Assembly: GCA_964354545.1 (NCBI GenBank)
Contig: CAYHAE010000006.1
Location: 10,975-74,974 of the forward strand
Reading direction: 5' to 3'
Source of the DNA: an uncultured Planctomycetia bacterium
GTDB taxonomy: Bacteria > Omnitrophota > Gorgyraeia > 2-01-FULL-45-10 > JAHFGN01
Length of the DNA: 64,000 nucleotides
Shown: positions 17,668 through 28,259 of the stretch, piece after piece
Position numbering within the stretch: position 1 is the first letter of the stretch
How the letters are laid out: every line of letters starts with the position of its first letter
Notes under the pieces: model-generated
What the model saw: only the letters and a program-made list of their open reading frames with translations
What the model was told of the DNA's origin: nothing
Databases searched by the model: none
Program-made: the position numbers and the translations under genes

Positions 17668-18336
17668 CTAATGAATGAGTGAAGGGTCGTGTTTCTGGAT
17701 ATAGAGGATCACGAAGTAGGTGATAGCCGCTTCGACGAACCCGAATAAGAAGACGTGCTCAAGCATCATAACGGGAAGGGCGACACGCAGTCCGTATGGG
17801 CAGTAGAGGGGCTTCCCGGCTAAGGTGTGGTGGAGAATGGGCTGGATACCAAACTCGAGCGCGGTAAAGAGCGCCGCCATGTTCAAACCGACGTACGCCC
17901 CGAAAGCCGCCGCGACCGCCCTTCGTTTCGACGAAGCGGGGCTCTTAATGCTCATCAACCGATAGACGAGATAGCCCGAGAAGGGCATGATGAAAGCCAT
18001 AGTGAAGCAGTTCGCGCCGAGGGCGGTGATGCCGCCGTCCCCGAAGAGGAGCGCCTGTACGACGAGCGAGACGGTGATCGCGATGAGCGCGGCCCATGGG
18101 CCGAGGAGTATCGCGACGAGGACCGCCCCCACCGCGTGCCCCGTTGAGCCTCCGGGAATGGGGACATTGAACATCATTATCACAAAACTGAATGCGGCGC
18201 CGAACGCGAGCACCGGTATCTCTGAGGCCTCGAGCGTCCTGTTCGCGACGCGGGAGGCGATCGACCAGAGGGGTATCATGATCGCCCACAACGTACCGTA
18301 CGTCGGAGGCCCTAAATATCCGTCAGGAATATGCAT
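17668..18336 (-). CDS. cbiM: ECF S component CbiM/NikM (probably nickel)
   Basis: N-terminal metal-binding MHIPDGYL, GSTGH, QALLFGDGGITALGAN. Confidence 0.93.
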   Translation of the reverse strand: MHIPDGYLGPPTYGTLWAIMIPLWSIASRVANRTLEASEIPVLAFGAAFSFVIMMFNVPIPGGSTGHAVGAVLVAILLGPWAALIAITVSLVVQALLFGDGGITALGANCFTMAFIMPFSGYLVYRLMSIKSPASSKRRAVAAAFGAYVGLNMAALFTALEFGIQPILHHTLAGKPLYCPYGLRVALPVMMLEHVFLFGFVEAAITYFVILYIQKHDPSLIH

Positions 18337-18393
18337 GGTCTCTCTATAAACGAGGTTACATAAAGTTACGGAATGTTACTTAAGGTGACGTAA

Positions 18394-18581
18394 CGCTCGT
18401 GTCCAAATTGTCATTGCGAGCGTAGCGAAGCAATCTCTTTTTTGGGAGTGCGAAGCCTCCCCGTAAGGGGATTGCTTCGTCGGAATACGTCTTTGCGGCA
18501 TCCTCCTCGCAATGACGGTTTGAAATCAAATCTCAAAACATGCTTGCCGACGATGATCGCGTCCTATTTTGGACACGAGTG
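18394..18581. mobile_element. 188-bp MITE with 14-bp TIRs and a 9-bp target duplication, carrying an internal REP
   Basis: TIRs CGCTCGTGTCCAAA / TTTGGACACGAGTG (13/14 match); GTGACGTAA at 18385-18393 and 18582-18590. Confidence 0.8.
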
Positions 18582-18642
18582 GTGACGTAACCTTCCTTAA
18601 TCTTCCTTAACCTCATGGAACCTCCGTCATATAAGCACTGAT

Positions 18643-19575
18643 TCAGAACGCATACACGAAAGTAAATACGGCGGAATCGTTCGCATCGATGCTTCTCCCT
18701 GCCACTATCCTCTGATACACGAAAAGCGTCTGGACCGCATCGCAGGACCAGCCGATGCCAAAGGCAAGCATGAGCTGACTGACGCTCGATGCGGGAATAG
18801 ACACGCCGTCTTCTTTTCTATCTCCCTGCAGAAATAGATTACACTCAGCCAGGAGGTTGAAACCCTTCGGTAAAAAAAGTTCGATTCCCGCGTCATAGTT
18901 TTGGTATATCCCGTATCGCGTCTTGACCCCATCGACTCTCGTTTCAATGGGAAAACTCCACGCCCCATCGGCATGGAATACGAATGGTTCCGCCTTCTTT
19001 GAGAGATTGATGCCGTAGCCGTGGTCATAGGAACCGCCTCCCGAAGCCGCGCCCATTAGGTCCATGCCGAGCTTATCCGGGGCCGCCTTTTGATATTTAC
19101 CGGTGGGGAGTTTTAATTGAAATAAACCCGTGACATGAGGCACCCGCTCCTTCTCCTCTACAACGCAGCAGCGCGCAAAGAGATAGCTGTCACCAAATCC
19201 GTCCGCGCGGGCGCTTCCTTCGTCTTGGCGCCGCCAATTCTGTTGATAGACGGCCTGTCCGGAGATTTCCACTCTATCGGTGAGCCCGTATTGAATAAAG
19301 AGCTGTTCCTGGTATTGCGACTTTTCATCGTTTCCCGGTAGAGGATCGTAATGGCCATCGGCATCGAAGGTCCCCCTCGTCCGGTTATAGACGAAGAACG
19401 GCTGGACCACCATGTGCCCTCGGGAGCAGAGAGGCGCCGTCCACGTCGTGACCGGGCCCGCCGAGACCGGATTCCACTCCTTTTTATTCTCACCACCGTC
19501 CCGATAAGAAAAGGGATCCGCTGCCGATACGCACGTTATGAAAGCCGACGCAGCCGCCATTATCGTATAGATCAT
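18643..19575 (-). CDS. Putative outer-membrane beta-barrel ('transporter', MetA-pathway/CoxB-like)
   Basis: Signal-like N-terminus after the GGAGAAG RBS, GFGD and LKLPTGKY motifs, amphipathic strands, terminal aromatic YAF. Confidence 0.65.
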   Translation of the reverse strand: MIYTIMAAASAFITCVSAADPFSYRDGGENKKEWNPVSAGPVTTWTAPLCSRGHMVVQPFFVYNRTRGTFDADGHYDPLPGNDEKSQYQEQLFIQYGLTDRVEISGQAVYQQNWRRQDEGSARADGFGDSYLFARCCVVEEKERVPHVTGLFQLKLPTGKYQKAAPDKLGMDLMGAASGGGSYDHGYGINLSKKAEPFVFHADGAWSFPIETRVDGVKTRYGIYQNYDAGIELFLPKGFNLLAECNLFLQGDRKEDGVSIPASSVSQLMLAFGIGWSCDAVQTLFVYQRIVAGRSIDANDSAVFTFVYAF

Positions 19576-19619
19576 CTTCTCCTGCAGCGTGCCGCGTCTC
19601 ATAGTGCCATAAGAAAATG

Positions 19620-20036
19620 TCACAGCCCTCTTCCCGTCGTCGTCATGATGACCCCGCTGTGTTTCACGCCCTTTGTGGAGCGGAGCCCCTCTGCGAGCGC
19701 GCGCACATCCTTCGTCTTCCCCCGCGCGATTATCACCTCGAGACAATTATCGTGGTCAAGGTGTATATGCTGCGTCGATACGATGAGAGGAGAGCAGTCG
19801 TGCTGGACGTGGGTGAGGTGACGCACCAGCTCGCGCTTATGGTGGTCGTAGACGATCGAGATGATGGCGGCGATCTCGCGCGACGCCGCATCCCACTCTT
19901 CCCTGACGAGGGTATCGCGTATCAGGTCGCGGATCGCCTCGGAGCGGTTCGAATATTTGCGTCCTGTTAACAGCCTGTCGAACCTCTCGAGAAGCTTCTT
20001 CTCTAACGAAACACCGAACCGTATCAGATCGGTCAT
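19620..20036 (-). CDS. nikR: Nickel-responsive regulator NikR
   Basis: RHH RFGVSL, NRSEAIRDLIR, YDHHKR, QHIHLDHDNCLEV. Confidence 0.96.
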   Translation of the reverse strand: MTDLIRFGVSLEKKLLERFDRLLTGRKYSNRSEAIRDLIRDTLVREEWDAASREIAAIISIVYDHHKRELVRHLTHVQHDCSPLIVSTQHIHLDHDNCLEVIIARGKTKDVRALAEGLRSTKGVKHSGVIMTTTGRGL

Positions 20037-20048
20037 ACTAATTCTTTC

Positions 20049-20075
20049 GTGTTACATTTGTTACAATCGTAACAC
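20049..20075. promoter_or_regulatory. NikR operator overlapping the -10 of the nikR promoter (TTGACA at 20094-20089, N17, TACGAT)
   Basis: Perfect palindrome GTGTTAC-N13-GTAACAC, matching deltaproteobacterial-type NikR boxes. Confidence 0.85.
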
Positions 20076-20180
20076 ATAAATACGCTCGTGTCAACATGAT
20101 TTTTTGTGGTGCCGATTTCGCCTATGAGACGCTGCGGGCGTGCACTCCGGGTGACTGAGGTGAGCCGTGCGAGTGGCGGG

Positions 20181-20636
20181 TCACGCCTCGTGTTTGCGCA
20201 CGATGGCGATGACGTCTTCGCATGTGGCGGCCTCAAGGAGCTCTTTCCTGAAAGAATTATTGGTGAGAAGTTTTGCCAACTCGGCGAGGAGCCTGAGATA
20301 GAGGTTCAGCTCCCGGGGGTTTGCCCCCATGACGAAGATGAGGCGGGCTTTTTCACCGTCTATCGCAGAAAAACCGATCCCTTCCTTCGAGCGGCCGAAG
20401 CCGATCACGAAACCGCGTACGGATTCTGTGCGGGCATGGGGTATCGCGACCCCGTACCCGATCCCCGTGGAACCCATGTGCTCTCTCCGGAGGACCGACT
20501 TGATGAATTTCTCCGCATCCTCCACTTCGCCCGCGGCGGCCATCCCGCGGACGATCTCTCTGATCGCGTCTTCTTTTGTCGATGCCTTTATGTCGATCGC
20601 GCAGAACTCTCTTTTTAAGTAATTGGATATCTTCAC
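20181..20636 (-). CDS. PTS EIIA (Ntr/fructose-type) protein
   Basis: RREHMGSTGIGYGVAIPHAR containing the phospho-His. Confidence 0.9.
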   Translation of the reverse strand: MKISNYLKREFCAIDIKASTKEDAIREIVRGMAAAGEVEDAEKFIKSVLRREHMGSTGIGYGVAIPHARTESVRGFVIGFGRSKEGIGFSAIDGEKARLIFVMGANPRELNLYLRLLAELAKLLTNNSFRKELLEAATCEDVIAIVRKHEA

Positions 20637-20637
20637 G

Positions 20638-21117
20638 CTACATCTCCTTGTATAGCCTCTCGACCTCTTCTGGATTTTTTACTATGACAACGGGGCACGG
20701 GGCCTCCCTAAAGATCCTTTCCCCCTCATTGTAAAAGATCTCCTTTCTTGACGAGACCTCTTTCAACTCGCCCATCACCAGGAGATCGGCCCCCGCTTCC
20801 TTCGTCGCACGCAGCACCTCTTCGTGGACCACGCCCCTCAAGAGCATCGCGTAGCACTCTACGCCCTTGCTCTCGGCCATGCCCTTGACCCTCTCGATGA
20901 AACGCACCCCTTGTTCTTCCATCTCCCTCTCGTATTCGAGCGCCTCGACTTCCACAAATACCCTGCTCCTCAGGAGGTCCTCAAGGATCCTCTCATTGAT
21001 CACATAGATCACCGTGAGCTGCGAATTGAGGAGCTTCGCCAGATAGATCGCGTATTTCGCGGTAGCGATAGAAGCGGCACCCCCGGCAATAGTTACGGCG
21101 ATATGGCGTATGGCCAT
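20638..21117 (-). CDS. Universal stress protein
   Basis: IYVIN, ADLLVMG, APCPVVIVK. Confidence 0.88.
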   Translation of the reverse strand: MAIRHIAVTIAGGAASIATAKYAIYLAKLLNSQLTVIYVINERILEDLLRSRVFVEVEALEYEREMEEQGVRFIERVKGMAESKGVECYAMLLRGVVHEEVLRATKEAGADLLVMGELKEVSSRKEIFYNEGERIFREAPCPVVIVKNPEEVERLYKEM

Positions 21118-21143
21118 CCCGGCCCTCTCTCGTTAGAATATCT

Positions 21144-21761
21144 TTAAGCCCTCAGCCTCTCCTTGATAAGTTTCAGCATGGAAAAGGCTTCTCTGCCCTC
21201 TTCATCCAGCCTCTCGCTGATATATTTTACCGTATCGCGGTACGAGGGGAGATATATCTTCTCCAGGGCATTCACCTTCCGTATCGTCTTCTGCACCTCG
21301 TTCGCAAGGCGCAGGATAGCGATCTTCTTTTCCGCCAAATCGGCCAGAAGTGTCAAGATCTTCTTGAATTTCGCAATGACCTCATCCACGTAGAGGCTTA
21401 CCCCATGGGGGCTGTAGTAGGGGGGATTCTCGACGATCTGCAGCTTAATTGCCGGTATCGCCACCCCCATGATCCTCCTGTGGGATAGAGAGAGGTCGTT
21501 CTTGATGTCGACCGAAAAGCTCAGCTCTTCCACCCGCTTCCTCCCCATCGCCACGCACGCCTTATCGACCAGATCATACCCCTCTCTCAGTGCCTTGTCC
21601 ACGTCTTTCTGGACCTTGTCCGCAATATGGGTGATCGAGGTGAGCTCGGCGATGAGTATCTTCCTCTTCTCATCCAAAAGCTCGTGTCCCTCTTTCACGA
21701 GGGAGAGGGTCCTCTTTGTCTTGAAAAGGTTGGTCTTCGTTGCCGCGATATTGAACTTCAT
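21144..21761 (-). CDS. atpD: V/A-type ATP synthase subunit D
   Basis: [21 protein letters not shown]. Confidence 0.92.
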   Translation of the reverse strand: MKFNIAATKTNLFKTKRTLSLVKEGHELLDEKRKILIAELTSITHIADKVQKDVDKALREGYDLVDKACVAMGRKRVEELSFSVDIKNDLSLSHRRIMGVAIPAIKLQIVENPPYYSPHGVSLYVDEVIAKFKKILTLLADLAEKKIAILRLANEVQKTIRKVNALEKIYLPSYRDTVKYISERLDEEGREAFSMLKLIKERLRA

Positions 21762-23137
21762 CTCTTCTTATAGCGTTTCTCTATATCTTCCTCTTTCAGC
21801 CTCACGAGCTCTTCCCGCGGGAGAAGGGAGAGAACGTCCCACCCCAAATCGAGCCCCTCATCCAGAGTGCGCCTCTCGTAGTACCCCTGGCTCAATAACC
21901 TCTTTTCGAATTCATCGCCGAACTTCAAATAGAGGTGGTCGACGGGAGCGAGTTCCTCCTCGCCGATAATCGACGCGAGGGCCCGTATGTCTTTTACATG
22001 GGCATAGCACGCAAAGAGCTGAGAGGCGAGCGCAGGGTGGTCTTCGCGCGTGATCCCGGCGCCGATATTGTCTTTCATGAGTCGGGAGAGAGACGGCAGG
22101 CCCGCGATAGGAGGATAGATGCCCCGTGAGTGCAATTCCCGCTCGAGGACGATCTGCCCTTCGGTGATGTATCCTGTCAGATCGGGGATCGGGTGCGTGA
22201 TATCATCGTTAGGCATGGTCAGGATAGGCAGCTGCGTGATCGAACCGCTCAGGCCCTTGATCATACCCGCCCTCTCGTATAGGCTCGCGAGGTCGCTGTA
22301 GAGGTAACCGGGATAACCCTTTCGCGCCGGTATCTCTCCCCGTATCGTGGAGATCTCTCTCAATGCCTCGCAGTAATTTGCCATATCGGTCATGATGACG
22401 AGGACGTGCATGTTCTTCTTGAAGGCGAGGAATTCCGCGCAGCTCAGGGCGAGGCGCGGGGTGAGCAGCCGTTCTATCGACGGGCTGTCGGCAAGGCTCA
22501 GGAAGAGCGCCACCCTCTCGAGGACGCCCGATTCTTCGAAGCTCTTGATGAAGAAACGCGCGGTGTCGTATTTCACTCCCATCGCCGCGAAGACGACGCA
22601 GAAGCCCTCGGACTTCACGCGCGCCTGCCGGGCCACTTGAGTCGCGATGAGGTCATGGGGCAGGCCGCTCCCCGAGAATATCGGGAGCTTCTGCCCCCTC
22701 ACGAGCGAATTCATCACGTCTATCGAAGTCATGCCGGTCTCGATGATGTTCTTCGGATAATCCCTCGCGGTGGGATTGATCGCGAGGCCGTTGACGTCGA
22801 CGAGTTCATCGTACACGGGCTTCGGCATGCTGTCGAGCGGGTTGCCCATGCCGTCGAAGGTCCTGCCGAGGACTTCCTCCGACACACCTATCATGAGAGG
22901 CTTCTCCTTAAAGGTCACCCTGCAGTTCTTAAGCGCGAGGCCGCTCGTCCCGCCCAGGACCTCGACGACCGCATACCCCTTGCCTGCTTCAAGGGTAACC
23001 CCCAATCGCACCTTCCCCTCTTCATCAACGATCTCCACAAGTTCATTGTAGCCCACATTGTGGATATTCCTGATGATGAAGACAGGGCCTACCACTTCCT
23101 CTAAGCCGATGTACTCCCTTAAGCTATACTCTCTCAT
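21758..23137 (-). CDS. atpB: V/A-type ATP synthase subunit B
   Basis: [44 protein letters not shown]. Confidence 0.97.
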   Translation of the reverse strand: MREYSLREYIGLEEVVGPVFIIRNIHNVGYNELVEIVDEEGKVRLGVTLEAGKGYAVVEVLGGTSGLALKNCRVTFKEKPLMIGVSEEVLGRTFDGMGNPLDSMPKPVYDELVDVNGLAINPTARDYPKNIIETGMTSIDVMNSLVRGQKLPIFSGSGLPHDLIATQVARQARVKSEGFCVVFAAMGVKYDTARFFIKSFEESGVLERVALFLSLADSPSIERLLTPRLALSCAEFLAFKKNMHVLVIMTDMANYCEALREISTIRGEIPARKGYPGYLYSDLASLYERAGMIKGLSGSITQLPILTMPNDDITHPIPDLTGYITEGQIVLERELHSRGIYPPIAGLPSLSRLMKDNIGAGITREDHPALASQLFACYAHVKDIRALASIIGEEELAPVDHLYLKFGDEFEKRLLSQGYYERRTLDEGLDLGWDVLSLLPREELVRLKEEDIEKRYKKR

Positions 23138-23168
23138 CTTGAGACTCCAACGCTATCGCGCGCACGCG

Positions 23169-24926
23169 CTAGCCCAAAATCTGGGTTAGGCTCGTGTCGA
23201 TCTTCCCCGGCAGCTCTGCCAGTTTCTCGAGGTCCGCCTCCGCGTACGTCACCTTCATCCGCATGAGCTCCTGGTAAATGGGAAGCTCTCTGATCTCGGA
23301 TATATCCACGCCCTTCTTGACGATTTCTTCGCCCTTCTGGTAAAACCTGATGATGGCCTTGAGCATTAAAAATTGCTTACGGGCGGAAGAGAAACCGTCG
23401 ACTTTGTCGAAGGCCGTCTGCTGGAGGAACGCGTTTTTGAAGACCGCGCACACCTCGAGTACCAGTTTCTGCGTCTGCGGCAGCACTTCGGGACCGACGA
23501 GCTTCACCACCTGGAGGAGGCGCTGCTCCTTCTGCAAAAGCTCCATGATCGCATACCGTAAGGCGAGCCATTCCTTATCGATATTCTTGTGCCACCACTC
23601 CTTGATGTCGTCAAGGTACTCTGAGTAGCTGTCGACCCAGCTTATGGACGGATAGTGACGGGCGTTCGCGAGGTCCCTGTCGAGTGCCCAAAAACATCTG
23701 ATGAACCTTTTGGTGTGAGAGGTGACGGGTTCGGAGAAATCCCCTCCGGGAGGCGATACGGAGGCGAGGATGGTGATCGAGCCGCCGTCCCCATTCAGGG
23801 TCTTCACCTTCCCGGCCCGTTCATAAAACTCCGCTAACCTCGAGGGGAGATATGAGGGGAACCCCTCTTCGAGGGGCATCTCTTCGAGCCTGCCCGAGAG
23901 CTCGCGAAGCGCCTCGGCCCACCGTGACGTCGAGTCGGCCATGAGCGCGACGTTGTACCCCATGTCGCGGTAGTACTCTGCCATGGTGATCCCCGTATAT
24001 ATGCTCGCCTCCCGCGCCGCGACAGGCATGTTGGAGGTGTTCGCGATGAATATCGTCCTTTCCATGAGCGGCCTCTGCGTCCGGGGATCGATGAGCATTG
24101 GGAAATTCAAGAGCACGTCGGTCATCTCATTCCCCCTCTCCCCGCAACCGACAAAGACCACCACATCGGCATCGCTCCATTTGGCGAGCTGATGCTGGAT
24201 CACGGTCTTTCCGGTGCCGAACCCTCCCGGAATGGCGACGCAGCCTCCCTTCCCTACGGGAAAGAGCGTATCGATGACCCTCTGCCCTGTGATAAGAGGG
24301 TCTGTAATAGGCAGCCTCTCCGTGTAAGGCCTCGGTCTCCTCACGGGCCAGCGCTGATACATGAAGACCGGTCTCTCTTCTTCGCCGCTCCGGATGACCG
24401 CTATTTTTTCTTCCAGCGTATAGTCGCCCTCTCGAGCGAGCCATTTCAGCGTCCCTTCCATTGTAGGGGGAAGGAGTATCTTGTGCTTTATCAAGAAGCT
24501 TTCTCTCACCTCGCCCGCAACCTCACCCGGTTTTACCGCATCCCCCTCTTTCCTTAAAGGGACGAAGTGCCATTTCTTGCTCCTGTCCAGCGCGGACACG
24601 TGGACGCCTTTCTTTATATAAAAACCTCCCTGCTCTTTTATCGCCTCCAGCGGCCTCTGGATCCCATCATAGATGTTACCGATAAGCCCCGGGCCTAACT
24701 CAACGTAGAGAGGGAACCCTTGAGTGTATACCAGATCTCCTGCCTTGAGGGACGTCGTGTCTTCGTAGACCTGGATGGACGCCCTGTCTTTCCTCAACCT
24801 CACTACCTCTCCTACTAAGTGGTTCTCCCCGACTTCTGCCATGTCGAGCATCCTTAAAGAAGAGACCTCTTCGGCCTCGACGACGGGCCCGACCACGCGA
24901 TAGACTTTGCCCGCTACCCTGAGCAT
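23169..24926 (-). CDS. atpA: V/A-type ATP synthase subunit A
   Basis: [42 protein letters not shown]. Confidence 0.97.
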   Translation of the reverse strand: MLRVAGKVYRVVGPVVEAEEVSSLRMLDMAEVGENHLVGEVVRLRKDRASIQVYEDTTSLKAGDLVYTQGFPLYVELGPGLIGNIYDGIQRPLEAIKEQGGFYIKKGVHVSALDRSKKWHFVPLRKEGDAVKPGEVAGEVRESFLIKHKILLPPTMEGTLKWLAREGDYTLEEKIAVIRSGEEERPVFMYQRWPVRRPRPYTERLPITDPLITGQRVIDTLFPVGKGGCVAIPGGFGTGKTVIQHQLAKWSDADVVVFVGCGERGNEMTDVLLNFPMLIDPRTQRPLMERTIFIANTSNMPVAAREASIYTGITMAEYYRDMGYNVALMADSTSRWAEALRELSGRLEEMPLEEGFPSYLPSRLAEFYERAGKVKTLNGDGGSITILASVSPPGGDFSEPVTSHTKRFIRCFWALDRDLANARHYPSISWVDSYSEYLDDIKEWWHKNIDKEWLALRYAIMELLQKEQRLLQVVKLVGPEVLPQTQKLVLEVCAVFKNAFLQQTAFDKVDGFSSARKQFLMLKAIIRFYQKGEEIVKKGVDISEIRELPIYQELMRMKVTYAEADLEKLAELPGKIDTSLTQILG

Positions 24927-24928
24927 AT

Positions 24929-25573
24929 TTAAAACGCCTCCTTTATGAGCTCCCTATGCACGTCTTCATAAAATCTCCGAAGCCGGGAGCGAAAGGTGTT
25001 ATCGTACGCCATGCCGCCATCGCGCGATTGCACGATAACTCCGATATCTTTAAAATCCTTCGTGTGAAATGTAAGGGAAAGGCTCCTGTCGTATTTCGCG
25101 CGGCACAGGGATTCCGCCTCTTTCCTGAAATTATCACGCATCGCCTTTTCGTCGAGGAAGGAGAACAGGACGTCTATCTCATCGCCATCGATGACCCCCG
25201 CACCTTCCAGGATCGCCTTTTTTAAAAAAGTTGCGTAGTCGCCGGAATTGCGCGCGTTCGCTGCCTCGTCCGCGACCGCCTGCAGCACGTTTTCGGCAAA
25301 CCTATTCTTCTCTTGCAGCACCACTCTCTTCTTCTCGAGATTGAGGGAAGACAGTATCCTCTCTTTGGTCCTCTCCCGCTCTTTCTCCAGGTCGCGGAGA
25401 ACTACCTCTTGTCTCTTGTCGGCCTCTTTCTTTGCCTCGCCTAAAATCTTTTCGGCCTCCCTGCGCGCCCGCTCTAAGATATCCTTGACCTCATATTCAG
25501 ACCCCTCCCTTATCTTTCGGCATATCTCATCCGCACTATCTGCCTGCATATGAGAACGGTCTATCTTTTTCAT
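24929..25573 (-). CDS. V/A-type ATP synthase subunit E
   Basis: Charged helical N-terminus, C-terminal YDNTFRSRL; operon position. Confidence 0.8.
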   Translation of the reverse strand: MKKIDRSHMQADSADEICRKIREGSEYEVKDILERARREAEKILGEAKKEADKRQEVVLRDLEKERERTKERILSSLNLEKKRVVLQEKNRFAENVLQAVADEAANARNSGDYATFLKKAILEGAGVIDGDEIDVLFSFLDEKAMRDNFRKEAESLCRAKYDRSLSLTFHTKDFKDIGVIVQSRDGGMAYDNTFRSRLRRFYEDVHRELIKEAF

Positions 25574-25576
25574 TGT

Positions 25577-25878
25577 CTATGCGCTGATCCCCATCGCCTT
25601 TTTTAATAGTTCCGCCATACCCGCTCGCCTCTTTGCCTCGCCCCGCGAAGGAAGTTCCAGGATGAGGGGCATCTCCCTCTCAAAGGTGAGGGCCTCTATC
25701 TCCTCTTTCACGAACGATGCCGCCTTCTCAGTGATAAGGATGACGCCGACGGATTCAGTGGCAAGCGCGACCTCAAGCGCCTCGAGCGTTTCCGCTTTCG
25801 TTGATGCCTCTCTCGTCTCTACGCCTGACAGCCTGAAACCCAGGCTTGAACCTCTATCCGCGATACAGAAAAAGATCA

Positions 25879-25879
<1 letters not shown>
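25577..25879 (-). CDS. V/A-type ATP synthase subunit F
   Basis: IADR.S.LGFRLSGV, GVILITE, LELPS. Confidence 0.9.
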
Positions 25880-26214
<335 letters not shown>

Positions 26215-26230
26215 TCACATCTTTTGGTTA

Positions 26231-26352
26231 GAAGCTGTCTCATAAATACCATTGCGAGCGAAGTGAAGCAATCTCAAAGATTGCTTCGTCGTCCCGAAAC
26301 TTCGGGCCTCCTCGCAATACGAGGCCACTGCGGATATTTATGAGATGGCCTC
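26231..26352. mobile_element. 122-bp MITE with 18-bp TIRs, TA-flanked, carrying an internal REP
   Basis: GAAGCTGTCTCATAAATA / TATTTATGAGATGGCCTC (15/18 match); flanks TTA and TAA. Confidence 0.7.
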
Positions 26353-28253
26353 TAAATACTGAGCGGCTTATATACGTGCTTCCCGCTCACAAAAAACTTC
26401 GAGAAAAACTCATAGTAATTCAACCTCAGCGACTGGATGAATACGACCAGGCCTTCGAGCAGCATCACGAAGACGTTCCCTACCACGAGCGTGACAAAAG
26501 AGAGCACCCCTCCGCCTATGCCCCTCTCGACGCGGACAAGCTCAAAGATCGCGAAGAAGAGCCCCACATGGGCAAGGGCGAAGGCGGCGATACGGACGAA
26601 CGACACCGTATTTGCCAAATAGACCATCGCAATCTCCAGCACCTCTATCGTGCTCTCCATGAACGTGATGAAGATGCTTTCTTTCTTTTTGTGGAGGAAG
26701 AGCTCCACGAATGGCTTGAAAAAAAGGAGCGCACAGCACGCGATGAGCACAATGGCATACGCGGGAGGGACCGGGGCCCTGAAGATGAACGCCTTGGTCA
26801 CCAGGCCGATCCCCGCCCAGTAGATCACGCCGACGATGAGGCCGGCTTTGTCAAAGAGCGCCTTCACGTAGTCTCTGTCCCGCAGCGCGTTGATCACGTT
26901 GAACAGTATCCCCAGCGTGAGGACCCCTATTCCGAAGGCGACGCTGATCTTGAAAAGCATCAGCATATTCTCCATCGGCCTGAACAAGAGGGCATGGTAT
27001 TCCATGCCGAAGAAGCTCCCGTAGAAGACGCCGAAGATTGCGGAGCTTATTCCGCAGTACCAGAGCAGGGCCGATGCCTGTCTCACCTTCTCGTTCTTGC
27101 TCCGTCTGATAAAAAAGCTCGCGATCGCAAGCACCAACCCCTGGCCCACATCCCCGAACATGGCCCCGAACATAATGAGAAAACTGATCGCCACAAACAC
27201 GGTGGGGTCGATCGTCCCGTAGCGGGGGATCCCATACGAATCGACGAGCAGCTCAAAGGGTTTCAGAAAAGCCGTGTGTTTAAGGTGAACGGGGACCTCC
27301 TCTTTATCGATCATAAGCTCTTCGGGGCTTCTCTCCTCTATGTAACTTACGCCGGCGACTTTCCTGATCTCGCCAAGCGCCCTGTCCTTCTCTTCTCTGG
27401 GGATCCAGCATGAGAGCAATGTCGTCTTTTCTGTGGCGCACGAGTATCTCTTCACGCCAAGGAGAGATTTCTTGAGGGAGATGAAAGACTGGATCTTCGA
27501 CACGTCGTCCTTAACGCTCTCCCCCAGTTTCTGTATCTCCCTGTCAACGTCCTCGCTCCTTTTTTTGCATTCGCCGATCTGGAGCCTGAGCTTCGCCCCC
27601 ACGTCCTTGGACAGCCCCCTGGAGTCTTCGGGATACTCAACCTTCTCCCAGGACACGTCCTTTAAGATCTTGTCTAAAAGGGCCCTGTCGCGCCTGAGCC
27701 CGATGACGAGCGCGACGACCCTGTCGCCTTCTTTTCTAAAAGGGTAGATGACGTGGGGTATGTCGTGCAAGCCCCTCTCCGCGACCTCGATATTCTTCTC
27801 CTCAACCTTTCCTACGGAGACCTCTAAAAATGTGTAGAGGGCGCCGCGCCTCATGGAGAAGGGAAAATACGCCTCTATCTGGGATAAAAGGGCCTCTTTT
27901 GCCTTCATCTCCGCGAGCGACTCGTCCTTGCGCGAAAGGAGGGGTGGGAGGGCCTCGTCCAATTTTGCGAAAAAATCCCTTATCTTCTCATACGAAAGCG
28001 CCTCCGCATCCTTCCGGGGATGGGGCGTGAGGTTCAGCTTTCGTCCGATATCCGTCAGTTTTACCTCCAGCGCTCCGAGCTCCGCATATTCCTTTTCTAC
28101 CTGTGGGGGGGAAAGATTTTCGAGCTGATCCTCAATGCGGCGGATGTCCACGGGATGGAAGATCCCGAGGCGAAGGAGGCCCGACATGACCTCTTCCTCC
28201 TTCTCCTTTAAGATCACGATATTTATGAGCTCCATCGGGGATGGCGTCAGCAT
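26352..28253 (-). CDS. atpI: V/A-type ATP synthase subunit I (a)
   Basis: YGIPRYGTIDPT, FGAMFGDVGQG, NTVSFVRIAAFALAH, IQSLRLNYYEFFSKF. Confidence 0.95.
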   Translation of the reverse strand: MLTPSPMELINIVILKEKEEEVMSGLLRLGIFHPVDIRRIEDQLENLSPPQVEKEYAELGALEVKLTDIGRKLNLTPHPRKDAEALSYEKIRDFFAKLDEALPPLLSRKDESLAEMKAKEALLSQIEAYFPFSMRRGALYTFLEVSVGKVEEKNIEVAERGLHDIPHVIYPFRKEGDRVVALVIGLRRDRALLDKILKDVSWEKVEYPEDSRGLSKDVGAKLRLQIGECKKRSEDVDREIQKLGESVKDDVSKIQSFISLKKSLLGVKRYSCATEKTTLLSCWIPREEKDRALGEIRKVAGVSYIEERSPEELMIDKEEVPVHLKHTAFLKPFELLVDSYGIPRYGTIDPTVFVAISFLIMFGAMFGDVGQGLVLAIASFFIRRSKNEKVRQASALLWYCGISSAIFGVFYGSFFGMEYHALLFRPMENMLMLFKISVAFGIGVLTLGILFNVINALRDRDYVKALFDKAGLIVGVIYWAGIGLVTKAFIFRAPVPPAYAIVLIACCALLFFKPFVELFLHKKKESIFITFMESTIEVLEIAMVYLANTVSFVRIAAFALAHVGLFFAIFELVRVERGIGGGVLSFVTLVVGNVFVMLLEGLVVFIQSLRLNYYEFFSKFFVSGKHVYKPLSI

Positions 28254-28259
28254 CGGCTC

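Noticed and set aside
18337-18642. Cobalamin or NiCo riboswitch upstream of cbiM
   Set aside because: The spacer is fully explained by the nested repeat and MITE, and the NikR operator accounts for regulation.
23169-24926. Intein in ATPase subunit A
   Set aside because: The protein has normal length (585 aa) and is continuous through the Walker A region.
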